This document shows positions 53,335-62,764 of a stretch of DNA of 64,000 nucleotides, in pieces. The stretch spans positions 1,054,001 through 1,118,000 of the forward strand of contig VRMN01000001.1 in assembly GCA_008690995.1 (NCBI GenBank), in the 5' to 3' direction. The notes under the pieces were generated by a model. It made no database searches. It saw only the letters and a program-made list of their open reading frames with translations, and had not been told where the DNA came from. The DNA comes from Porphyridium purpureum. Its lineage: Eukaryota. How positions within the stretch are numbered: the first letter of the stretch is position 1; each line of letters starts with the position of its first letter. The position numbers and the translations under genes are program-made.

Positions 53335-55182
53335 TCACAGTTGCCACACTGCGATCTGATTATCACCACCGGTCGAGTAAAGGAACCCGCTTTCTGTGCA
53401 AGCAAGCCCAAGGATACCACCGCGGTGTGCTCCCTTCATCTTTCGGAGCGGATCGCCCTTGACGCCGGGCTCCCAGACTCCAATCGATCCGTCCAGACCG
53501 CCTGTCACGGCCTTGCCTGACGCGGTCCAGCACACTGCGTCCACTCGAGCCGTGTGGAGCACACCACCTCCTGGCATGAGCTCTCCTGTGGATGAGAAGA
53601 ATCTCACGCGTCGGGAGCTCTCGCCGACCAGAAGAATGGCGCCTTCGGCGTTGAAGGCCATCTTGCTTGCAAAAGTTTGCATTTCAATCTTATCAGCAAC
53701 GGGCGTGAATTCCCCACCTTCTACCTTGCACAAGTAAATATGGCCAGCGCCGCCCATGATCTCCACGGAAATAGCAACGAGAGAGCCGTCTGCATTGGAG
53801 GCAATGGATCTGCCCTTGCCCCAGCCATCTGCAAGATTCTTGGACGCCACGACCGAGCCGTCCTTGGCAAGCGCTGTGAGATAGTCTTCACTGATGACCA
53901 TGCAGCCAAACGGACCCTCGCCAGAGCCGGGCACGCAGATTTCACGGCCGCCGCCCTTGACGTTGCTCGGTTCCGGGAAAACTAAAGACTCGAGATCTGC
54001 CTGGTAAACGTTACCGTCCATTCCCACGGCCGCAATCGTCTTCTGCCCGCCACCGATGGCGTTTAGCGTCGTCGGCTTGACTCCCGCAAATGTGCGCTCC
54101 GACTGCCCTTTGTCCGAATCCCACACGCACATTGTTCCGCTGTAATCGGCCGAGTACACCGAATCGCCAGCACCATGCAGTCCGACACAAGGTTTGGAGT
54201 GTCCCACAAGAACCTTAGAGGCCTTGTCGGCGCCCTCATCAAAGATCTGGAGAAATCCTGAAAGCCCGAGCGCGACAATTTGTCCAGTTTTCGGTATGAC
54301 CGTCACTCCGACCTGCATGTCTTCGACCTCGTCGCCTATGGTGATGCAGCGCTTCTGCTCACCCGACTCGGCGTCAAACACGCGCACTGTCTTATCCGCG
54401 CTGGCTGTAACGACGGACGTACCGTCCGCAGTCCATGCGAGCATGAGAACGGACGCGGTGTGGTCCTCGATTCTCTTGAGCACCTCGTGCGATGTGCTAT
54501 CAATAATGCAGACTGTGCGGTCAGATGAGCAGGTTGCCAGCTTTGTACCATCCTTGTTGAAGCGAATCTGGTTTACAAAGCCAGTGTGCACGCCTTCAAG
54601 GACGACAGGTACAGCAAACTCAGACACTGGCGGACCCTTGTGAATCGAAATCTTGAAATCCTCACCGCAGCCAGCAATCAGCTTGCTGGGCGTCTTGACC
54701 TGATCAATGGCGGTTGCCTTCTTCTGATGACCAGGGCATTTTCCTGCCGAGGAGCCACCTGGGTACTTGTACACCTTGAGGTGAGCGCCACGCGAGTCGC
54801 CTGCAATCAGCAGAAACTTCTTGTCTGCGGACAGGCACACGTCGCGAATTGGTGCGCTCCCAGCGCTGATTCCGGCCGAATCCGTGATGACCTTGCCAGT
54901 CTTAGCGTCCCATCCGAATATCGAACCCTGTTCATCGCCCGAGACGATTTCCTTGCCGTCTGGCGAGAAGCGCGCGCAGAGCACATTCGCGGTGTGCCCC
55001 GTGAAGACCAAAAAGTCGGTCGGGTCCGAGACGGACCGCACGACTGCCGAATGGCCAGAGCCGTAGCAGATACGATCCGTCTCGCCCGTCGGGTCAGCCT
55101 CAATATGGCATCCCTCGTTCCTGACGGGGTTCGGCACGCCGCCGATTGCGAGCTTCTTGACGAGATCCTCCACGACCACCAT
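53335..55182 (-). CDS. AIP1: Actin-interacting protein 1 (WDR1)
   Basis: P..VRNEG, FTGHTA..ARFSPDG..SGDEQG, HKGPP..F, HTGFVNQIRF, DMQVG, SLSG-like LGLSG; double WD40 propeller. Confidence 0.9.
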   Translation of the reverse strand: MVVVEDLVKKLAIGGVPNPVRNEGCHIEADPTGETDRICYGSGHSAVVRSVSDPTDFLVFTGHTANVLCARFSPDGKEIVSGDEQGSIFGWDAKTGKVITDSAGISAGSAPIRDVCLSADKKFLLIAGDSRGAHLKVYKYPGGSSAGKCPGHQKKATAIDQVKTPSKLIAGCGEDFKISIHKGPPVSEFAVPVVLEGVHTGFVNQIRFNKDGTKLATCSSDRTVCIIDSTSHEVLKRIEDHTASVLMLAWTADGTSVVTASADKTVRVFDAESGEQKRCITIGDEVEDMQVGVTVIPKTGQIVALGLSGFLQIFDEGADKASKVLVGHSKPCVGLHGAGDSVYSADYSGTMCVWDSDKGQSERTFAGVKPTTLNAIGGGQKTIAAVGMDGNVYQADLESLVFPEPSNVKGGGREICVPGSGEGPFGCMVISEDYLTALAKDGSVVASKNLADGWGKGRSIASNADGSLVAISVEIMGGAGHIYLCKVEGGEFTPVADKIEMQTFASKMAFNAEGAILLVGESSRRVRFFSSTGELMPGGGVLHTARVDAVCWTASGKAVTGGLDGSIGVWEPGVKGDPLRKMKGAHRGGILGLACTESGFLYSTGGDNQIAVWQL

Positions 55183-55544
55183 GCTGCACGCCGCACACCC
55201 ACCGCTCTCCTGTCACTCAAGCCTGCGTCCCACTGCCACGCACTGTGTGAACCCGACACACGCTCTATCCTTCTTCCCCTCCCCTTCACACCCACACTCA
55301 ACACCCCCACCCAATCACAGACGATGCGTCCCTACCAATGCAGCGCCTCTCTCTTTTATATACACACACACACATCACATCACACAACAGACGTGCGCGA
55401 CCATGCGCACCATCAACACCACCCAAAATGTCTTCAAGAGCAGCACACTAGCACAGCAGCACAACCACACCGCACTGTCAGCATCACATCATCGTCCCTT
55501 TGTTCCCCCTTTCTTGCTGTCTGCATCATGCACGCAAAACAGGT

Positions 55545-55801
55545 CCACGTCCACGTCCGTCCGTCTGTCTGTCGCTCTGTCGGTCTGTCGGTCTGGTCGG
55601 TCGACTCTGTCTGTCTGCATGGGAAACGGCGACACTCCGACAAATAGCATACGCAGTGAACGCACGGAAACACAACAGCAACAAACAGCGCTCTGTTCAT
55701 ACAGACACAGACAGACGGAGAGAGAGACGCAAAGCCATAATGGCGCATATACTGTACCTGGAGTACACCTGAGGACGGATGGATAGACGGACGGACAGAC
55801 G
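55545..55801. repeat. Degenerate (GTCY)n tract and its complement (RGAC)n tract
   Basis: gtccgtccgtctgtctgtc... at ~55545-55617; gacagacgg and gacggacggacagacg at ~55700-55801. Confidence 0.7.
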
Positions 55802-55826
55802 TGGGGGGCGTGCGTGCGCGTGCAGG

Positions 55827-56159
55827 CTAGGTGTACTGGCGGCGCTGAGCGCGGATCGCCCGCAGCTTGCGCATCTTGGCAACCTCTTCGTCCGTGTACT
55901 CGGGCGTGGACGCCGGCGGTGCGTTGGCGTCCGCGGGTGCCGCTGGAGCATCGGGGGTTCCCGAGGAGCCAGCAGGCACCGCGGGCGGCCCGTCGGCGCC
56001 TCCTCGCGCGGCTCGGCGAGGACGCTGCGCGAAGAGCAGCACGCTCGTGCGCTCGGCGCGCGCCGCCGCGCGCGCGAAAGCCGGGCGCTTCGTCACTGTG
56101 ACACTGCTCATTGTCGTTGGCGCGCTTCCGCCCGCCGGCATGCATGGAACCCAAGCCAT
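55827..56159 (-). CDS. Small hypothetical protein (110 aa), putatively plastid-targeted
   Basis: MAWVP start with an S/T/A/R-rich presequence-like region, Pro/Ala linker, and C-terminal helix EYTDEEVAKMRKLRAIRAQRRQYT; GC-rich codons. Confidence 0.55.
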   Translation of the reverse strand: MAWVPCMPAGGSAPTTMSSVTVTKRPAFARAAARAERTSVLLFAQRPRRAARGGADGPPAVPAGSSGTPDAPAAPADANAPPASTPEYTDEEVAKMRKLRAIRAQRRQYT

Positions 56160-56457
56160 TCGGACCACAACACAAGATCCACTCGCTGACCACCCCAAGC
56201 ACCCTCTCACCGTCTTTGGCGCGAAAAGCCACGCACCGGCGTACCTGATAAGCGTCGAAACAATCAGACTAGGCCAGGACCACGGAAATAGAGGTGCGCC
56301 GTTCGACTCGCTCCCAGCTCCCTTCAATCTCCCTCTGCCGCCACAATCGGTTTTTTCTCCGCCTCGTTTCCGCCTAGCCGTACCTTTGAAGTTCTGGTCT
56401 CGAAAGTGGGAAGTCGGCCTCTGCCGCGACTCGAAACGCACGCAGACGAATTTGGAT

Positions 56458-56982
56458 ATGGAACAAACGTCCCAACCCAGCACAAGCGGTAACCCTGTGC
56501 TCGGTGTCCTTGAGCCAGGTATCGCGGCCCGCACTCACGCGGGCTTGCGCGCGGTCCTTGTGCTTCTGAACGTCGTGCTGTTCGGGCTGTCTGCTGCCGG
56601 ATTCAACTGGCCACACTCGCCGCTTATGTTCTTGCTTTCCATGGGACTGACGGCGTCATACTTTTGGTACGTTGTTCTCCACGGCGAGCACAGAAGGATG
56701 TTCGCGTTGATCTGCGATCCTTCGTGAGTCATCGTGCGGACTGCAACCCGAGCAATCGTGTCAGAGCGCTAACACATGTAGTCCTTTCTGCTTCTTCCTT
56801 TCGACACTGTATCGGCCAGGTTCATGTATGAGCTGGCGAAAGGCACCAATTCGAGCCAGACTGAGCACCAGGCTGATCCTCAAGTGTCACAAGAGACCAA
56901 GCCCAGTACGACCAGTGACATCGGCTCCATGCTGACCATCTATCCGCAGTCCAGTGCGGAAGACAAGGATAAGCACTTGTAG
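56458..56982 (+). CDS. Pkr1-like ER membrane protein (V-ATPase assembly factor); exons 56458-56666 and 56820-56982, 123 aa
   Basis: VLEPG, TM1, His (WPH), TM2, then the spliced W|FMYEL; this matches the Pkr1 pattern FEPG...H...WFxxEL. Confidence 0.75.
56667..56819 (+). other. Spliceosomal intron (153 nt)
   Basis: GTACGT donor, GCTAAC branch site at ~56768-56773, pyrimidine tract, CCAG acceptor; phase 2. Confidence 0.85.
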
Positions 56983-57190
56983 CACCTAAAGTACGGAACC
57001 TGGTGACACCTGTCGGAAACCATGCTGGTCCCGATCAGACCATCACGATGACCAGAGATGTTTACCAAACGCGCGTGATACCGTGTTCGTCAAGCCTAGA
57101 CCTGCTAAATAAATTCCCCGGCGACAAATTTAACATGCAAAGAGGCGAGAAGAGCCAAACGCGTTCTTCGCATCGCCTGCGAATGTCATA

Positions 57191-58678
57191 ATGTACTCAC
57201 TTTATGGTCGGCGGCGCGCCACCGCTTCAGTGAATGCGGGATCGCTTCCTCTAAGCCCTGTTGTGACGTCTGTGAAGCGCGGTCGGGACTGGAAAGGGGC
57301 ACAGCTGACCTCTGGGGTTGTTGGCGGGGTTGGCTTGCTTGCGCTGATGGTCTGGCTGCTCGTCGCACGCAGCAGGAACCCAGAAGATTTTCACGATGCT
57401 GAGGACGCAGGTACCCAGGACGGCGGGATGGCCGTGAATGCCATTCGTCAGATCTCGGATCCGACACAAAGTACTGGCGGACAGACTGTGCGACCGGGTT
57501 CGAGCAAAGCACCCGCATGGATGGAAGGGATGGCATGGCCCACGACGATTCCTGTATGGCAGCCGTGGAGCCCCGAAGAGCGAGCGGGTCGCTTTCAGAG
57601 TGTAATTGACGGCTTCTTCGAAAAGGCCAGCGGCTTCAGCATAGCGGAACAGCTCCATGCGAGGGCGGATAAGGGCATGGAGGCGAACGCGCTGTTGGTC
57701 GAGGTGAATGAAGAGAATGAACTCAACTTGGTGCATTCATGGGAGTCGCCGTCCAAAAAGCACTCTCGCTATGTGTCGCTTGTCGGCCTTCTGGAGGCTC
57801 TTGTGCGCAACCACAAGCTCCCAAAGGTTTCATTTTTGGTCGTCCTAAACGACGGCTCAGAGACAAAGCAGGCGGTGTTTTCGGCTGCTCGGCACACACG
57901 TGGCTGGAAACGGGTGATACCCTTTCCTGTCGGAAATTCGCGAGGATGGAAGGAAGGCTTTGGTCTCAATTTCACTGGCTGGGATGAGTATTCAAGCCAC
58001 TGGTATACATCCAGGTATCCTGAGTATCCATGGGAAAAGAAACTCCCACAGGCTGTTTTCCGTGGGAACTTTCCGATGAGCGAAATGGCTCAAATCATGG
58101 GCTCGTGCTTTGTCCAGTGTCGCAAGACGCGCGATTGGAGAAAGACGACGCGAGGTACTCTGTACCTGCAAACAGTAAATCACCCGGATCTCTTTGACGT
58201 CCAGTTCACAAGCAAAGCGAAGAACTTTAGTCAAATTGATGAGATCCCGGTGAATGCGTTTGCAAAGATTCCGCTGCACGAATCCATGAAGTACAAGTAT
58301 GTTCTGAACGTAGGGGCAAACGCAGACTGGGCAGAGCGGTTACGGAACCTTATGTTCTTAAACTCTGCCATTCTGAGGCACGAGGCGGGCACACAGGAAT
58401 GGTTCTACCCGCTGCTGGAGCCTTTCGTCCACTACATTCCGTTCCATGTGAGTATGAACAATCTGGTGGACGTTGTGCAGTGGGGACGAGCGCACGACGA
58501 TTTGGTGCAGCAGATTGTACGAAACGCAAATGCATTTGCTGCGAATGTATTGTCTGAAGCAGCGATGCTCGATTACGCCAGGCTGGCAGTCCACTCCTTT
58601 GCCGCCAAGCAGGCACAGGGCAGCAGAGGTTCAATCTCGCTCAAAGGTCCTGGAGGTCGGCGAGCTGCAATGCACTGA
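57191..58678 (+). CDS. GT90/CAP10-family glycosyltransferase (type II membrane), paralogue 1
   Basis: YPWEKKLPQAVFRG, KYKYVLNVGAN..WAERLRNL..LNSAIL..EWFYPLLEPFVHYIP; N-terminal TM segment. Confidence 0.9.
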   Translation: MYSLYGRRRATASVNAGSLPLSPVVTSVKRGRDWKGAQLTSGVVGGVGLLALMVWLLVARSRNPEDFHDAEDAGTQDGGMAVNAIRQISDPTQSTGGQTVRPGSSKAPAWMEGMAWPTTIPVWQPWSPEERAGRFQSVIDGFFEKASGFSIAEQLHARADKGMEANALLVEVNEENELNLVHSWESPSKKHSRYVSLVGLLEALVRNHKLPKVSFLVVLNDGSETKQAVFSAARHTRGWKRVIPFPVGNSRGWKEGFGLNFTGWDEYSSHWYTSRYPEYPWEKKLPQAVFRGNFPMSEMAQIMGSCFVQCRKTRDWRKTTRGTLYLQTVNHPDLFDVQFTSKAKNFSQIDEIPVNAFAKIPLHESMKYKYVLNVGANADWAERLRNLMFLNSAILRHEAGTQEWFYPLLEPFVHYIPFHVSMNNLVDVVQWGRAHDDLVQQIVRNANAFAANVLSEAAMLDYARLAVHSFAAKQAQGSRGSISLKGPGGRRAAMH

Positions 58679-58851
58679 CGACATGTCCTGATCGAATAGA
58701 CGTATGTACTCTATAGAAAAGTTTCCAGTTCACCTCAATTTTTCTCCTAGCGTGTGCGCCACCACCCCTTGTGGCCACGAGTCGCGCTATTGAAGCAGGA
58801 CGGAGAGGATGGCCAGCCGGGCATGTGAAACAGCTGCGAGGGATATGAAGG

Positions 58852-60501
58852 ATGCCGCGAAGGTATATTGGAAGTCCCAAGGTGGCCGGACCGGTCACGA
58901 GAGCGCCCACACGTGAGGATGTCCGGCGGGTGTATCGCAGCGGGTTGCTGGGCGGGCTCGTGGTTTTGATACTGCCAGTGATTTTGTTTTTGGTCGGGTG
59001 CTCGTACAGCGTCTCGATGATCAAGGTTGCGGATCACGCCATGGAAGCCGCGACGATGGAAATGAGGACGTCTGTTAGTGATCAGGGCGGGAACGGACTG
59101 CCACAAGCGGTGTTACGGTCTATTCAATCCGAAGCCGCACCGAGCTCCATCAGCAGCAGTACTGCCATCACTAGTCGTGGTAGCAGTAGCGGCAGCGTCA
59201 GTAGTAAGGGGCATGGCATGGACGAAGATGTTCTAAGGCTCGCACGATCGAATGGCGGAGAAAAATCTGACGTTTCTGACCGGAGTTCTTCCGTAGCTAG
59301 TAGTGGCACGAGCAGTGGGCAAAACATAGGCGAAGCCGTACTTCGGCCGATAATCCAAGGAGTCGATACTAGTGGAAAGAATCCTGCAAGCTCGAAAAGG
59401 AACATGGCCTTCCCATCATCAGTTCCAGTTTGGAAGCCGTGGAGTGCCAAGGAGCGGAAGGAACGCTTCCAAGGCATTCTCAGTGACTTCTTCTCTGAGG
59501 CGACGGGATTCAGCGAGGCTGAGCAAGCACGTGCAAGGGAGGACAGTAGTATGGCTACGAACGCCATGCTTGTGCAGATAGACACCAATAATAATGTGCG
59601 CTACCTGCATTCCTGGGAGTCAGCAGAGAATCGGCATTCGCGGTATCTGTCATTTGTGGGCTTGATGGATGGTCTGAGAAGCAGGCATAAACTCCCCAAA
59701 GTTTCGTTTAATGTCGTCCTAAATGACGGCACTAATGCTAAACAGGCAGCCTTCTCAGCGGCACGACACACACAAAGCTGGACGCGAGTCATCCCGTTTC
59801 CTGTCGGTAATTCTCGAGGGTTGAAAGAGGGCTTTGGCCTGAATTTCACTGGCTGGGATGACTACGCAAAAGACTGGTACGCCTCGAAGTATAAGCAGTA
59901 TCCGTGGGATGACAAGCTGGAGCAGGCTGTCTTTCGCGGAAATTTTCCAATGAGCGAACTGGCACAAGTCATTGGCACGTGCTACATTCAGTGCCAAAAA
60001 ACGCGAGACTGGAAACTGACCTCGCGAGGCACGCTTTATATGGTCACCGCGAATCGTTCTGACCTTTTCGACGTGCAGTTCACAAGCAAGCCGAAGGGAA
60101 TGACTCAAATTGACGATGTTCCGGTGAATCCTTCGGCCAAGATTCCTCTGCACGAATTGATGAAATACAAATACGTGTTAAACGTGGGTGCCAATTCTGA
60201 TTGGGCTGAGCGTTTACGGAACCTTCTCTTTTTGAACTCGGTCATTCTGCGACACGAAGTGGGCACGCAGGAGTGGTTCTATCCGTTGCTCGAACCATTT
60301 GTTCACTACATTCCGTTCCATGCGAGCATGGACAACCTAGTGGACGTCGTGGTATGGGCGCAAACGCATGATGACTTGGCACACCAGATTGCTCAAAATG
60401 CGAATGCATTTGCTCGCACTGTGCTTTCCGAAGCAGCCATGCTTGAGTACGCAAAATTGGCAATTGATATATTTGCTGCAAAGCAGCTCGCGGCAAGTTG
60501 A
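58852..60501 (+). CDS. GT90/CAP10-family glycosyltransferase (type II membrane), paralogue 2
   Basis: Same motifs as paralogue 1; different TM segment and Ser-rich stem. Confidence 0.9.
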   Translation: MPRRYIGSPKVAGPVTRAPTREDVRRVYRSGLLGGLVVLILPVILFLVGCSYSVSMIKVADHAMEAATMEMRTSVSDQGGNGLPQAVLRSIQSEAAPSSISSSTAITSRGSSSGSVSSKGHGMDEDVLRLARSNGGEKSDVSDRSSSVASSGTSSGQNIGEAVLRPIIQGVDTSGKNPASSKRNMAFPSSVPVWKPWSAKERKERFQGILSDFFSEATGFSEAEQARAREDSSMATNAMLVQIDTNNNVRYLHSWESAENRHSRYLSFVGLMDGLRSRHKLPKVSFNVVLNDGTNAKQAAFSAARHTQSWTRVIPFPVGNSRGLKEGFGLNFTGWDDYAKDWYASKYKQYPWDDKLEQAVFRGNFPMSELAQVIGTCYIQCQKTRDWKLTSRGTLYMVTANRSDLFDVQFTSKPKGMTQIDDVPVNPSAKIPLHELMKYKYVLNVGANSDWAERLRNLLFLNSVILRHEVGTQEWFYPLLEPFVHYIPFHASMDNLVDVVVWAQTHDDLAHQIAQNANAFARTVLSEAAMLEYAKLAIDIFAAKQLAAS

Positions 60502-62764
60502 AATTGTAGTGACGCGCAATGGTCAAAATTGTCAATTTACCAGTTCCGCAGACATTACTTTTTCTGAGGCTGAGAAAAGGTGGATGCATAGCGCTGACGC
60601 GGCTCAAATTCATGAGATGGCAAATGCATCAGCCGCTTTCCGTCAGGCTGGCTACTTTTGAGCATGTGTGAGTAGAGATCTTTGCCTGGGAGAGAAGCTT
60701 CGATCGACAATGGCTGCATGGACGGGGATGGGCGCTCTCCTCCTCTAAAACAACTGGTCCTTCCCCACATAACATATACCGTCTACCAAGTCGAGCAGCG
60801 ATCGGAACGTGAAAGCTTGAATCTGGCTTCCAATGCAAAACATGGTCACGTACAGTCGGTGTGACTATCAAAATGTCTGCTTTGATGCATCAGACTACGA
60901 AGAAAGAAGCCAAATCATTGGCGCGATGGATTAGAGTTTGCAGTCTCAGCACTGGCACCGTTCCTTCGAACGTACCGTGCGGAAAAGGCATGGCCGCTCC
61001 CGCTGTTGAAAACCAATCCTAATCTATGCCCTTCTTAATGTACTTATCGCTTCGATCTGGCGCACGAGCGTGCCGTCTCAGAAGCTGGCTTCTCGCTCTT
61101 TGTGTCGGCGCTCCATTTGTTTCGTTATTAGATTCATGAGTCACGCCGTTCCATCTCGAGGGAATAACGTTCGACACGATGACTGGAAGCGTCGTTTTGC
61201 GAGGTGAACATGGCCGGTTGATCGACGGCGATGCTGCTCACTTGGAACGTCCAGCGTGTGCGCAGCCGCTTTTCCTTGCGCGATTGCAGTTATTGCCGCG
61301 CAAGGGTGTCCGAACCGTTGGGTCAGCTCTTTTCGACAGACGTGCGCTAAATATTATTGCCTTCGAGAGGTCCGAGTCCGGCGGCGTAGAGACCCCAGAA
61401 AGTGTGCTAACTGCTCTGATCGTTGCTGAACGGGTTTGGACACTCTATTGAAGACCTGGAATGGGTCATGTGTTGCTTATCGAGCATGTCTTGTAGTTTT
61501 GGAAATGCATTTAGAACATACTCGACATTTATCTCGTATACTGGCCTCCCTACCCTGATCATAGCTAATGATTCGCAAGTTGCTCCGCATGTATTTTGAC
61601 ATTTGCACCTGATTTTGTTAGTGCCTGCTCCGTCTTCATTGTCACCTTTCCCTGAGTCCGGACTTGGCATTTACGGTAAAGTATTCGAAGCGCTCCTGCG
61701 AATGGATTTTAAGCGCTCGTACTCTCGCTGAAGATTCATGGGATCATATTGTATTCAAACTCTTTCGTTCCCTCGTGTGCCTCTTTTCTTTCAGATCTTC
61801 CGGGGTCTTCTATACTTGTGCACTATATTGCCTGCGAATGGCACCATACATCAACCTCTCCTTAGGTTATTAAAGGGCGTACGGCTACGCAACCCCCACC
61901 TTTCTGTGCCAAAAGTGATCCTTTGGCCGTCGCGACACGTGGATTCAGCACGTTTTCGAGGACACAATTCGACTCGCCTGTCCGTGGACCGTTACTTGAG
62001 TGGGACAAGGACCCTGAGAGAAGCGTGGAGAAAACCGCTCCTCGAGTCGACGGTCACCTCTGCCACTCCCAAAAGGCAACATTAGCTTCCGAGGAAGTCC
62101 CTGTCACACAGCTTCACCGGCAGCTGTCAGTCGTCACCAACCAAGAACCAAGGGAAAATCGGCATGCCACTGGTTTTCGCTGCGCGAGCGCGCAACGGAT
62201 GTGTTCTTTCGTTTCCACACGGCCGGGTCACTTTCCGTTTGTGCTGAAGATGGTAACTAGTTGACTGCCTCCCGATATCTGGATTGCTCCGTCACTAGTC
62301 GCTGTGCGAACTGCCTTTCCAAACGCCGAAATGCACGGTTATCATGGAGGACAACACGCTGCCATTTTACGAGGCGGACGTGCTCGAGAGCAGGTAAACG
62401 AAACACTTTGTGCAGCTGCCGATTGGATCGAGCTCCACGCTCACAAACGCTGGAAACAGCGGCGGGTTCCCTTCCACGAGCAGCCACGTCAACATTGGCT
62501 TGTGCGGGTACCGATTGCCATTGTCCTCTCTGAGAAGCACGCAACGCACGCCTCGTCTGGATGGACGGATGTATGAACGGACGGACAGACAAACGTACAG
62601 TGAACGTACAGTTTGCCCCATTAGCTTCTTGTTGCATCGAGATCGAAAGAGTGGACTTGCAACAAACCGACTGCAGCAGGTCGGGGTTGATGCCGATTCA
62701 CGCATGTCTCACACACCGCGATACGCGCTGCGCAGACTTTCAGGCTTGATGAACGAGCGACGAA

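Noticed and set aside
55867..56727. 286-aa plus-strand ORF
   Set aside because: Its 5' part is antisense to the small minus-strand gene; its 3' part is exon 1 of the Pkr1-like gene running into the intron
61046..61420. ATCGCTTC (U2 snRNA-like start) and C/D-box-like words
   Set aside because: No U2 GTGTAGTA branch-pairing sequence follows; the box matches are weak
62345..62540. Stop-interrupted frame MEDNTLPFYEADVLESR*TKHFVQLPIG... as a pseudogene or readthrough gene
   Set aside because: No recognisable homology to support either reading
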